Of a DNA stretch of 64,000 nt, positions 12,301 through 24,300 are shown piece after piece. Within the stretch, counting starts at the first letter, position 1, and each line of letters opens with the position of its first letter. The position numbers and the translations under genes are program-made. This DNA is from Leucoraja erinacea (lineage: Eukaryota). The stretch is taken from the NCBI RefSeq assembly GCF_028641065.1, contig NC_073388.1:22878001-22942000 (forward strand). The letters run 5' to 3'. The notes under the pieces are model-generated. The model was not told the DNA's origin. It saw nothing but the letters and a program-made list of their open reading frames with translations, and searched no databases.

Positions 12301-15300
12301 CTTCCTGAGACCCACAGAGCTGATCTAATTGGGTTTGATATACACTCTGCTTTACATAATCAGTGATTGATTTCACGACATGGGGCTGCATTACCACATG
12401 AATATTTTCAGTTTGTTCAGGTTCTGGACATATTTTTATATCTTGATAGTGACACGTACAAATTGTTTCTTCTTCCCTGTAAATCTGTTTTTCACCTGAA
12501 TCGTCTTGTGGAAGAAAGTAGCTCGGTCCAATTTCTTCAATTGTTCCAGAAACAATTTTTTCGGCTCTCTGATCTGAAAACGATTCAGAGGATTCAGAAA
12601 AAACAGTATCTGTAACCTGACATTTCTTTTTTTCATCTAAAATGTACTGTACTAATTTACTTGCCACATCTTCATCGAGTGAAACAGGTGTTTTAACAAA
12701 CTGGCATACACCTGTTTCTTCATTTGATGGTTCTGAAGTCAGTACTGCGCCAACTATATTCTCAACCAATGCTTCAGACATCTTTGTCAAGCCAGAAATG
12801 CCAGGCGTATAGTGACACACATCATCTGGCATTTCCTCAGCCACACTATCAATTATTGGTGAAATGCTACTCAAATATATTTTTTCACAGATTGATTCTT
12901 GTGGTAGGCTGAATGATATTCTCTTTTTACTTGCTTTTGAGCTGCAAGATGACTGTCCACTACTGATTGTTGGGGCAGCAGTGTCCTTTGAACTAGTATC
13001 AAAAACTGATATTTCACTACTTGTTGTTTGCGATTGATAGAATTGAGTATCATTTGAGGATGCAGAACAACTGATGGACTTTTTAATCCTTTCCAAAACA
13101 AATCTGACAAGGTCTACTGAAATTAAGTTAAAATATGAAGCAACAGGCTCGGTTCCAAACTCTAAGCAAATTTCCTTGTGTTTCACAGGCGTTTTGAGAA
13201 CTACCTGATTTTGCATTATTGGTTTCAAACAAAGAATTTTCTTTACTTGTTCAGTGACCCTACTCACAAAGTTAATTGTAGTAAGCATCCTGGCAAAGCA
13301 AATGATTTGAACTGTCTTCTTTGTGATTGGTTCAGCCAAACTTTCATCTCTGCATAAATCAACTTCCAATGAATCCGTACAAGCGTATTTCTTTTCCACC
13401 TCTCCAATGATGGCATTCACAAGTTCTTGAGAAACATCATTCACTTCATCTTGAAGTGGTACAAAGCTTAAAGAGGAATCCACCTTGTCAAGTAAAATAG
13501 CAATCATTTTTAAAACAATATCGTTCGAAACTTCTGGACTAACAATGGATGTAAGATTGCTTGCTGGAGGTGAAATTACTTTTCTTTCTTCAGTGATGAT
13601 ATTTGTAATTTCCTGTGAAAATTTTTCATCACTTAATAGCTGCTGTAAAGCAAACTTTATCAGTTCCTCCTTCATTAGTTTTGCCGTCTCTGTTGTCTTC
13701 TGTTCTGTTACATCTTTACAACTTGAGGCAAGCATCTCAGTTTTTGTTTGCAGTATTTCATGAAGACGGTTTGTGACTTGATCACCAAGCGTACTAATGT
13801 GCCTTTTCCCTTCACTTGGTAATTCGATGTGTTTTGCTACTTGACATGATTCGCATATTTGCTCTCTATAGCATGCCAATGATTTCTTTATTTCATAATA
13901 AATTGCATTTAAGAAATCTGGAGAAGTAAGGCCTAACTTACATGACTGGGATACCGAGCCTGTCATTTCATTGAAAAGCTTTACAAAACACTCAGTGAAT
14001 TCTCCAGCAGCATTTGTTGTCTCTGTTGATTTATTAGCACATATTTGTTGCTTCTTGGTCTCAGGCTTTTGTTCCAGTGAATGCAGTGAAAGGCCAATTA
14101 ATTTTTTGATGTGATCCATAACAGTTGCTGAAGTATCTCCTGGAATAAGGTCACGGCAAGTATCATTAACAACATCTGGTTTATCAGTTTCTGAAGTCCT
14201 TGTAGTGTCAGCACCTACTTTTGCTTGGGTTGAAACCATTTCTGAAATCTCACATTTAAGTTGAGCTGTGAGTAATCTTACAAGTCTATCATCAAGAAGG
14301 TCAAATGATTCTTGAATAGTTTTATTATCTTTTGAATCACGTGCATGTGAAGCAGATTTATTATCAAGTGTTTCTTGAAGAGGTTTATTATCAAGTTCAG
14401 TAGGCTTATGCGCTGGTTTGCTATGAACTGCAATTTTCTCTGTCTTCTCATCCTTTATTACTTTTATTTCTTTTATTTTGTGGAAAAGTGGTAGTCTATC
14501 CACATTTTGATTAAATGAAGATTTTCTGGAAAGATTCTTTTTTGTCGTGACAGGCTTTTTTGATTTTGGAATTGCTTCCGGCAGGTGTTCTGGTTTCTTT
14601 CCTAATTTTTGACTTTCAGAAGAAAGAGACTTTGTGGGACTAATTACAATCTTACTCAAAGATAATCTGCGTCTTTTAGGCAGCTTTTTAATAATGATTT
14701 CTGGCCCCATATAAATCTTTCCTGGATATTTCTGGGACGCAACATCCGAAGTTAATCTGGTTTCTTCTAAATAAGTTGACTTTCCTTTTACAGCTATTTC
14801 AGTGGTGGCCGCTGGCTTCTCCAACCTCACTGCGGTTTCAGGCATTAAATCAGAGGTACTCATTTCAGTTTTTAAGGTTTGATGTTTGGGAAGAACCTTA
14901 GTTGAAGCTATCACGTTTTCATTTGGTAGATTTAATTTACCTGCTAAAATATCAGTAACTGATTTCATTATTATACTGAAGAGTCTCTCATACTGTGATT
15001 CCGGCACAACTGAGGTAGCAGCTCCAATCTGACCTTCAGTTGTGGTTTTATCTTGAAATATAAGACACTTATGCAATAGTTTGCGAACTAGTTCCTCAGC
15101 GACTTCAGTTACTAACAGCATTGAGTTCTCTGAAAGCACTGGTAGAGTTTGGGGCTGAGCAATTTTACCCCGTTGCTTTGTTTTTGATGTTGGTCTCCAA
15201 GATTTTTTGCCTGCTTGTAATCTTTTGGCATCCGTACCATTGAAAATGGCTTCCACGACATTAGTAATGAGATCACCAGAGGCTAGCTTGATCTCTGAGC

Positions 15301-18300
15301 TTGAAACCACTTTGTCTAACCTTGTTACAGTAGCAGGTGACTTTATCCATATCAATTCAATGTGTAACTGATTTGATGAAATTGCATCTGCTATTGCTTT
15401 TGTAGCATTCACATATTTCTCTTGCTTTTGAGCAGAATCTGAAGCTGATATCGGAGGCAAAATCTTGGTTGACATCAAATCAGCTGGTGTCAAATTGACA
15501 GGCAAATTCTTTCCAAGAGGACGAGAAGTCAAACCGGATCTATCCAAATCACCTTTTTTGGTTGAGGGAAATAGAGCAAATGTTAAATCTTAAGTAATAA
15601 ATGAAAAGAAAAACACAAACTGTCAGCTGTTTGAGAAAAAGTCAGTCCAAGTTAAAATGTGAATCTGTTTTAGATATCCTTAGAATTACAATATTTGTGA
15701 TTATGTAAAATGTGCTCAATGGAATCAAATTTTATAGACAATAGACAATAGGTGCAGGAGCAGGCCATTTGGCCCTTCGAGCCAGCACTGCCATTCAATG
15801 TGATCATGGCTGATCATCCCCAATCAGTACCCCATTCCTGCCTTCTCCCCATATCCCCTGACTCCGCTATTTTTAAGAGCCCTATCTCGCTCTCTCTTGA
15901 AAGCAGCCAGAGAACCCGCCTCCACCGCCCTCTGAGGCAGAGAATTCCACAGACTCACCACTCTCTGTGAGAAAAAGTGTTTCCTCGTCTCCGTTCTAAA
16001 TTGCTTACTCCTTATTCATGACCTGTGGCTCCTGGTTCTGGACTCCCCCAACATCGGGAACATGTTTCCTGCCTCTAGTATGTCCAAGCCCTTAACAATC
16101 TTATATGTTTCAATGAGATGCCCTCTCATCCTTCTAAACTCCAGAGTGTACAAACCCGGCTGCTCCATTCTCTCAGCATATGACAGTCCCACCATCCCAG
16201 GAATTAACATTGTAAACCTACGCTGCACTCCCTCAATAGCAAGAACGTCCTTCCTCAAATTATGGGACCAAAACTGCATACAATACTCCAGGTGTGGTCT
16301 CACTAGGGCTCTGTACAACTGCAAAGGACCTCTTTGCTCCTATATTCGATTCCTCTTGTTATAAAGGCCAACACTTTCTTCACTGCCTGCTGTACCTGCA
16401 TGCTTGCTTTCATTGACAGATGTACAAGGACCCCAGATCCCGTTTTACTTCTCCATTTCCCAACTTGATGCCATTTAGATAGTGATCTGCCTTCCTGTTT
16501 TTGCTACCAAAGTGGATAACCTCACATTTATCCGCATTAAACTTCATCTGCTATGCATCTGCCCACTCCCCCACCCTATCCAAGTCACCCTGCATTCTCA
16601 TAGCATCCTCCTCACAGTTCACACTGCCACCCAGCTTTGTGTCATCTGCAAATTTGCTAATGTTACTTTGAATCCCTTCATCCAAATCATTGATGTATAT
16701 TGTAAATAGCTGCGGTCCTAGCACCGAGCCTTGCGGTACTCCACTAGTCACTGCCTGCCATTCTGAAAGGGACCCGTTAATCCCTACTCTTTGTTTCCTG
16801 TCTGCCAACCACTTTTCTATCCATGTCAGCACTCTACCCCCAATACCATGTGCATTCACTAATCTCCTATGTGGAACCTCCTCTTTCTGAAAGTCCAGGT
16901 TCACCACTGCCACCCCCTGCTTTTCCGTTACATCATCTGCAAAGGATGTTGAGCCGAATTCTGAACATCCTCGAGAGAGAAGAAGGTGAACAGCCGGCAG
17001 TAGTTGTGCACTTCGGGTGAAGAGGAAGGAGGTTCCCAACATGACTTCATTGTCCAAGGGTGGTTATCTCTGGATTGTAGTAAAGATGGAGGAACAGGGA
17101 GATAGGGGATCTGAATGTGGGATGAGGGGCTGGCTACTGGGCTAAAACCTTACAAAAGGGATTACACCTCGAATCGACTTCTGTTTCACCACGTGCTAAA
17201 CTAAATTTTTGAAAAAGTATAAAGATGGCCTTTTCTGTTTCACCCCTGCTTTTTAAAAAATCTCTGGCCTTTGTCCAACCATCTGCCCCCTCCCCCTCCC
17301 CCCCGCTCCTTGCCTGTGTTCACCTACAGTATTACTTGCCAGGCTTTGTCCTGCCCCTCCTCTCTTGGTGGACCGAAGGGCCTGTTTACTTTACAATTTG
17401 TGTAACTCTAATTATATCTCCTTTGTGACCCTATCCAATAGTAACCAATCTCTGCCTTCCCCACATCAGTGATTCCCTCCCATTTCCTAACCATGGATAA
17501 TCTCCCGGAAGCATTCTCTTCTCAACAATTTTCCACATAGTTAAGCACAAATATAGAGCAAAGCTGGGAATCGCCTGTTCCATTGCACACAATACTTTAC
17601 AATTCACCTAATTTTGAAAATTAGGTCTCTGCAGCGTTATGCGTTGCAAAGGTGAAAATGTGAAACGTTGATAGCTCCCAAATATTAAGTATTAGAATCG
17701 AAATTCCTCTCTGGTTTGTTTACTAAATATCAGTACACTACTCCATATAAATCAATTCAACACAGGGCATATACCATGCCAGGAACTTCCTTCTTGACCA
17801 TCCTGATGTTAGATTTGATATTGTTATATTCAAATAACTTTAAAATCTTCTGCTACAACTTATGTAATGTCGACATTTTAATCATGTTTTGGAATAATAA
17901 ATTTACCTGAATGTTGTTGTTTTCTTTCTTGCTGTGCCATGTAGTCTTCTGCTTCTTTTACATTTGATAAGCCAAATCTATCCAAAATGAGAGCCACAAT
18001 TACCTGCGATATTGCCTTGATTGCCTCTTCATTAAGTTCTAATTGGTAAGGCGTTTTTGAAAGTCCTCTTTTGTCTTTAACTTTTGGTCTTTTTGGGTCT
18101 TTGTCCAGCGGTTGTTTTAATCCCTTGTCCACTTGTTGTTTTGTGTCTTTGCCTGGTGGTTGTTTCAGTTCTTTGTCTGGTGGTTGCTTGCTTGCTTGTT
18201 TGCTTGCTTGTTTGCTTGCTGATGATTGATCGGGTAGAGGTGTCGACTTCTTGTCAGATGCCGATGCTGATTTCCTTCCTGGTGGTGGAGCTGATTCTTT

Positions 18301-21300
18301 TTCAGGTAATTGTTCAGTCTTCTTGTCTGTAGGCAGAGCTGCCTTCTTATCTGTTGGTGGTGCAGACTCCTTATCTGCTGGTGGAAACCGACTCCTTGGC
18401 TGCTGATGGAACCGACTCCTTGTCTGTTGGTGAAGATGACTCCTTATCTGTTGGTGAAGCTGACTCCCTGGCTGTTGATAGAGATGATTCCATGGTTATT
18501 GGTGGAGATGGTTTCTTGGGTGTTGATGGAGCTGGTTCCTTCTCTGTTGGTTCAGTTGACTCCTTGGCTATTGGTGGAGCTGACACCTTGTCTGTTGGTG
18601 GTGCTGACTCCTTGGCAGGTACTACTGATGACTCTTTAGCTGATGATGGTACTGGTGCCTTATCTGGTAATGGGGTTGATTTTTTGTCTGGTACTACTGT
18701 TGATTCTTGATGTCCTGATGATGCTAAATGTTCATCAGGAGGGGATATTAATTCTTTCTGTGGTGGTAATGTTGATTGCTTGTCTGGTAGTGGTGCTGAT
18801 TTTTTGTCTGGTATTACTGTTGATTCTTGATCTGGTCGAGGTGTTGTTTCCTTGTCTGGTGAAGGTCCCTTTTTTTTATCCGGTACTTGCATCTTGTCAG
18901 ATTCTTTACCTGATGGTTTTTCAGCATCTTTTCCTGGTATTTGTTTTGATTCTTTGTCTGGTAATTTTGTTGATTCCTTATCCAATTGTTGCTTCGTGTC
19001 TTTGCCTGGTACTTTTGATTCCTTCTGCGATAATGACTTTGGATCTTTATCTACCGATTGTTTCGTATCTTTGCTAGTTTGTTTTGAGTCTTTGGCTTTA
19101 CGTTGTTTCAAGCTTTTGCCTACCTGTAATTGTTTTTCCTTTTTATGCTTTGTTTGTATTTTTTTGTCTTTGGTAAAACATTTTTTTGGCAGGGTTTGCA
19201 TTTCTCTTGATTTCATTGCAGGACGAGAATCCGTTGAGGTTCCCTCAGATTTCTTGAACAATTTCTCCAACAAGGTCCCTTCAGGAATATCCTTTGGTTT
19301 ATAAGCAAGTTCCTCCTCATTAAGATCGTGCTGAACGGGTGCCTTGGTATCTCTCCTGGGTGGTTTTGTAACCTTTTTTGATTCCTCAGCTTTTTTCTGT
19401 GGCTTTTGTTTTGGTGGGGCTTTAGTGGGTGGAATATCAACTTCCTCCATTTGTGGATAAATGACCATTCCAGGGATATTGACAGCTGGAAGTGTTTCAC
19501 TTTTGGGTGTGGTCACTTTTTTATGTCTTTTTTTCGGCTTAGGTTTTGTTTCGGGCGCAGCTGGTGGTCTTGACTTTGCTCTTCTCTCCAATTTTAGTTT
19601 AGTGAAATCGTCGGCTTTTTTACCAGTAAGAGCATTCAAAATGGCTTCAAGTATTTCATCGACTAAAATAGATTCTTTCAGCAGAGACATATCAGTTCCA
19701 GCTTTAAGTCTTGCGACAGCTTTTATTTTCACTTCATTGTGAATTGCTTTTAGGATATGGATTACTATATCCTTAGCTTCCTCATTAAAATCTATTACTG
19801 GGCTTTCACATGGTGACACAGGGGCATCTGCGCAAATGACTGGTTTCATCTTGGAAGAAGTGACAGTTTCAACTCTTGTCGATACATACTTATTCATTTC
19901 TTCAATGACACAGAATACTTCTGAACATGGTGATAATTCTGGACTGAAACTGGGCAGTTCATTTGTAGTTTCCAAACAGATTCTATGTACATATGGGGTG
20001 GTAAACTCTTGTTCTGCATTAAGTAGGCATAGCTCATCATTTTGGGGGCTTGGTGCTTTTGCTTCTGCTTCACAACTAGGAACCTGTTCAGTTTTAGCTG
20101 TGGCATTATCCTTATCATATAAACATGAGGTTGTTGGTTTGTTTTTTAAGATAGTTTCAATTACATCGCCTCTGAGAATACAACGCAGTTTCTGAAGAAT
20201 ATTATTTACAATATCGATAGAAAGACAATGGACTTTGCAATTTAATATTAATTTCCTGGAATTCACATGTGTTTTTTGTGTACTTGGAAAACCAGTGAGG
20301 ATATATACAAGATGCGGGTGTTCCTCAGTTAATTTGTCTAGGCTTGCCCTTAGAACATTTTCAGCTGCTGGAAGTATTTGTGATCTGCAAATAGCCAGGA
20401 CATCTCGATTATCCACATCTGTCTTTTCACACGATTTACTTAAAATGTCACAAAAGTAATTGAGAGAGGGCAGTAGTTTCATAGGTGAACTTAGAGGATC
20501 TTCATTAAATGATGCAATGGCATCATTGACCAATTCATCAGCAATGTCACTGATCTCTGATGGAGAAGCTTGACCAGTTGACATAGGTTCTTTGAAATCT
20601 GGTGTTTCTGTGTCAAGGGAATCTTGGCTTATGGAGGAACTCCGGCTTTCAATAACAATTTTTTTTTCTTGGATTTCAACATCATGAACTTTGGAGGCCA
20701 CTGATTTTTTGGCAGCTTCTTGTCTTTCAATGGCATCTTGGTCCTCTATAGCTTTCTGGGCCTCATCAGCATCTAGGCTTCCTGTCGATTCTAGGTCTTC
20801 GGAAACTTGGTCTTCAGAAACATCTACGTCTTCAGTGATTTCTTCACTTTCAGCAACTACTTGGCTTCTTGCAGCAACTTCCAGATCTTTCCTAGGAGTC
20901 GGGGTTTTAGCATCTTCTTGGGCTATGGAAGAAACTAGGCTTGAAATGCTTCCTGGCCTCTTGTCAGAATCATCATCCTCTTGAACCTCTGAGACGTCCT
21001 CACACTCAGTGGATTCCATGCTCTCAACGAGTACTTCACTTTCACTCGACTCTTCACTTTCCTCAGACTCAAGGCTTTCCTCGGACACCTCCTTTTCCAC
21101 AATCACCTCCTTTTCCACAATCACCTCCTTTTCTTCAACCTTTTCCTCAACAACCTTTTCCTCGACCACCACCTTTTCTTCAATCACCTCCTTTTCCACG
21201 ATCACCTCCTTTTCTTCAACCACCTTTTCCTCGACCACCTTTTCTTCAATCACCTCCTTTTCCACAATCACCTCCTTTTCCTCGACCACCTTTTCCTCGA

Positions 21301-24300
21301 CCACCTCCTTTTTCTCAATCACCTTTTCCTTGATCTCCTCCTTCTTCGCTTGTTCCTCTTCGGTGCCAACATTCTTTTCATCGACTTCAATTACATCAGT
21401 TTCAATTTCTTTTTCAGCAGCCTTAATTCCTTCTGTTTCCGTTTCCGTATCAGCATATTCAATTAATTCAGTTCCGATTTGCATTTCAGACAAATCAAGG
21501 AAATCGGTTTCAATTCCTATTTCAGAATAATGCATTAACTTTGGTTCCAATTCCTTTTCAGGTAATGCAACCATGTCAGTTTCCATTTCCTTGTCAGACA
21601 GTGCTAGTAAATCTGTTTCCACTTCTTTAGTAGACATTTCAAGCAATTCAGTTTCAACTTCCTTTTCAGACATTTCAAATAATTCCGTTTCAATACCTAT
21701 CTCAGACAGTTCATATAAGTCTGTTTCAATTTCCTTTTCAGACAATTCAACTTCTTCAGTACCAGTTTCATGATCAGCAAGTTCACGAGCTTTGGGAGGA
21801 ATTTTTTGCTTTTTAACCTCGGGGACATCTGGAACGTCTGTGACCTCTTGATCAGATACATATTCAACATCGTCAGGGACATCTTGAGGCTTATTAAGGT
21901 CTGCCTTAATTTCTTCATATTTCTGAAGTGCTGGATAGATGATGTTGGTCAGTACTCCCACAACAAAAGTTATTATATTCTGAATTAATCTGTTTAGTTC
22001 TTCCAAGGTCATCTGTAAAGATCAAACACTGTGTTCAGTTTACTTAGGACTTTGTATTACATTTATAGATATGACGTAATTAAGAATAGCAGAAATAAAA
22101 TAGTCATATTTTTCAAGTTATTTATATGTTTACACTTGAATAAATTGGGATAGACTTTATCAATCAAGAAGCTGACCATTGCAGTGCAAGAGGTAGACCC
22201 TAATAGAGTCAGTCCAGAAGTCCAGTTCATTTCAAAGGCATAGATGTCTTAAAAATACTTGGTATATGCAATAGACGCTAAGCAGATTCCAATGCACTTC
22301 ATCAGCTCTGAGATGGGGTCCTATTGGATAGCCAAGAGATGACTTGGTGCTGATTGAGCCAAAGACTAAAGCTCAGAGGGGACCGTGCCTTTGCTGTGTC
22401 GGCTCCGAGATTGTGGAATGAATTGCCTACAGCAAAACAGGACCCTGACAAATCATAAGTTAATGGCCACCAGACAATTGTTTATTAACTTCTGCAGCTC
22501 GTATAGAAAATTTATAGCACGTAATATTTGAATGTTCTGTTGTTCTGTGTTTTATGATTACCAAGTTTCACTCCGTAGACTCGCAACAGCATGGAATGAA
22601 TAGTGGATGGTTAATATAGCATGGGGTCCTGTATGTGTTTGCACAGATTAATTAGACTCTAACGTTCAAGTGGAATACCCCAGATGCACAGCAGCAGGTG
22701 CTGGAAAAATGAACGTAGTGTGAATAAGGCAGTATCTACTCCCACTTTCATCATATTTAAATTAGTTTCTTTCAAATGTTTAAGTTAGTTTCTTTCATTT
22801 GTTTCTTTCAAATGCTTGATATGTTTTCTATCATTAGCTTGCTCAAAGGCATTTTGCTGGGATATGAGAAGTTAGATATCAAGGAAGCATTGGTCTGCAT
22901 AGCACAGAAATGGGCAACTGTTATACTTATCGTCACTCAAACCATTTGTCTGCACCAGGCCTGCATCCCTCTCCGCCTTTCCTATACAAATTCCATTGTA
23001 ATTAGGTGTCTGCCTCTACCACCTCCTCTGCAGCTCATTCCGGATAACCACCATCATCCTTGTGAAAAATGCACTGCTCAGATCTCCTTTACATTTCTCC
23101 CCTCTTACCATAAACCTGTGCCCTTGAGTTCTTGACACCCATATCCTGGGCGAAAGACTATATCTATTCAATCAATGCCCCCATAAATTTTATAAACCTT
23201 CATAAGGTTATCCCTCAGTCATATTTTCAATGCAATAAACTATCCAATCTTTCCTTATAATTACAGATCTCATTCCATGTTGCACTGGGCCTTGCTCTGA
23301 GGCACAGCGGAAAGAGTGGAGTGAGGCAGAGCCATTGTAATCATTAGTTAGGGCACAGATATGAGATTCTGTGGCAGCAAGAAGTGGCCAGATGTTGTTT
23401 TGCTTGTTGGCACCAATGACATAGGTAGAAAAAAGGATGAGGTCTAGCCGAGTGGATATAGGGAATTAAGCAAATAGGTTAAAGAGCAAGACTGGGGATT
23501 AGTCAACTTTTACTCCCGGTGCCATTAGTGGGTTTCAGATTTTTGGACTATTGGGATTTCTTCAGGAGTAGCACAAGAGGGCTATGAACATGAACTGAGG
23601 GAGGACAAATATCTTTGCAGAGAGCTTTGCTTATGCTACACCAGAGGTTTTAAACAACGGTGGCAGGAAGTTGGGAACCAAAGTAGAAGGTCAGTAAATG
23701 GGAGGACAGATGAGAAGGTAGAGGATTGAAGGAGTAAGTCTCAAAGGAAGGACAGGCACGGATAGGTTAAGGAATATGGGGCTGAAGTGTGTTTATTTCA
23801 ATGCAAGGAATGTTGTGGGTAAAGCAGATGAACTGAGTGCCTGGATCAGTGCTTGGGACAATGATGTAGACATTACAGAGACTTGGTTGTGAGAGGAACA
23901 TGACTACCAGCTTAACGTTCCAGAGTTTTGATGTTTCTGATGTAATAAAGAGAGGTAAAATTGGTGGAGTTGCTTTATGAATCAGAGAGAATGTTATGGT
24001 GGCACTCAAAGAGGACATACTGGAGAGATTGTTAACTGAGATGATATAGGTAGAGCTAAAAAATATGAAAGGTGTAATCACTCTAATAGGATTGTACTAT
24101 TACCCCCCCCCCCCCCCCCTATAGAAAGTTGCAAAAGGAACAGGGTTTTCATTGTGGGTGATTGTAGTTTCCCCAATATTGACTGGATATTAATTTAGTT
24201 TATTATTGTCATGTTTATCGAGGTACAGTGAAAAGCTTTTGTTTGCGTGCTATTAAGTCAGAAAAAAGACTATACATGAATACAGTCAAGCCATCCAGAG

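Noticed and set aside
18084-21773. Plus-strand ORFs (Ser/Thr/Phe- and Leu/Val-rich) overlapping exon A
   Set aside because: Antisense shadows of FSIP2 coding repeats
18371-22012. Treating the 1213-aa, 1780-aa and 228-aa ORFs as separate genes
   Set aside because: Splice sites, phases and FSIP2 motifs running across junctions join them into one gene
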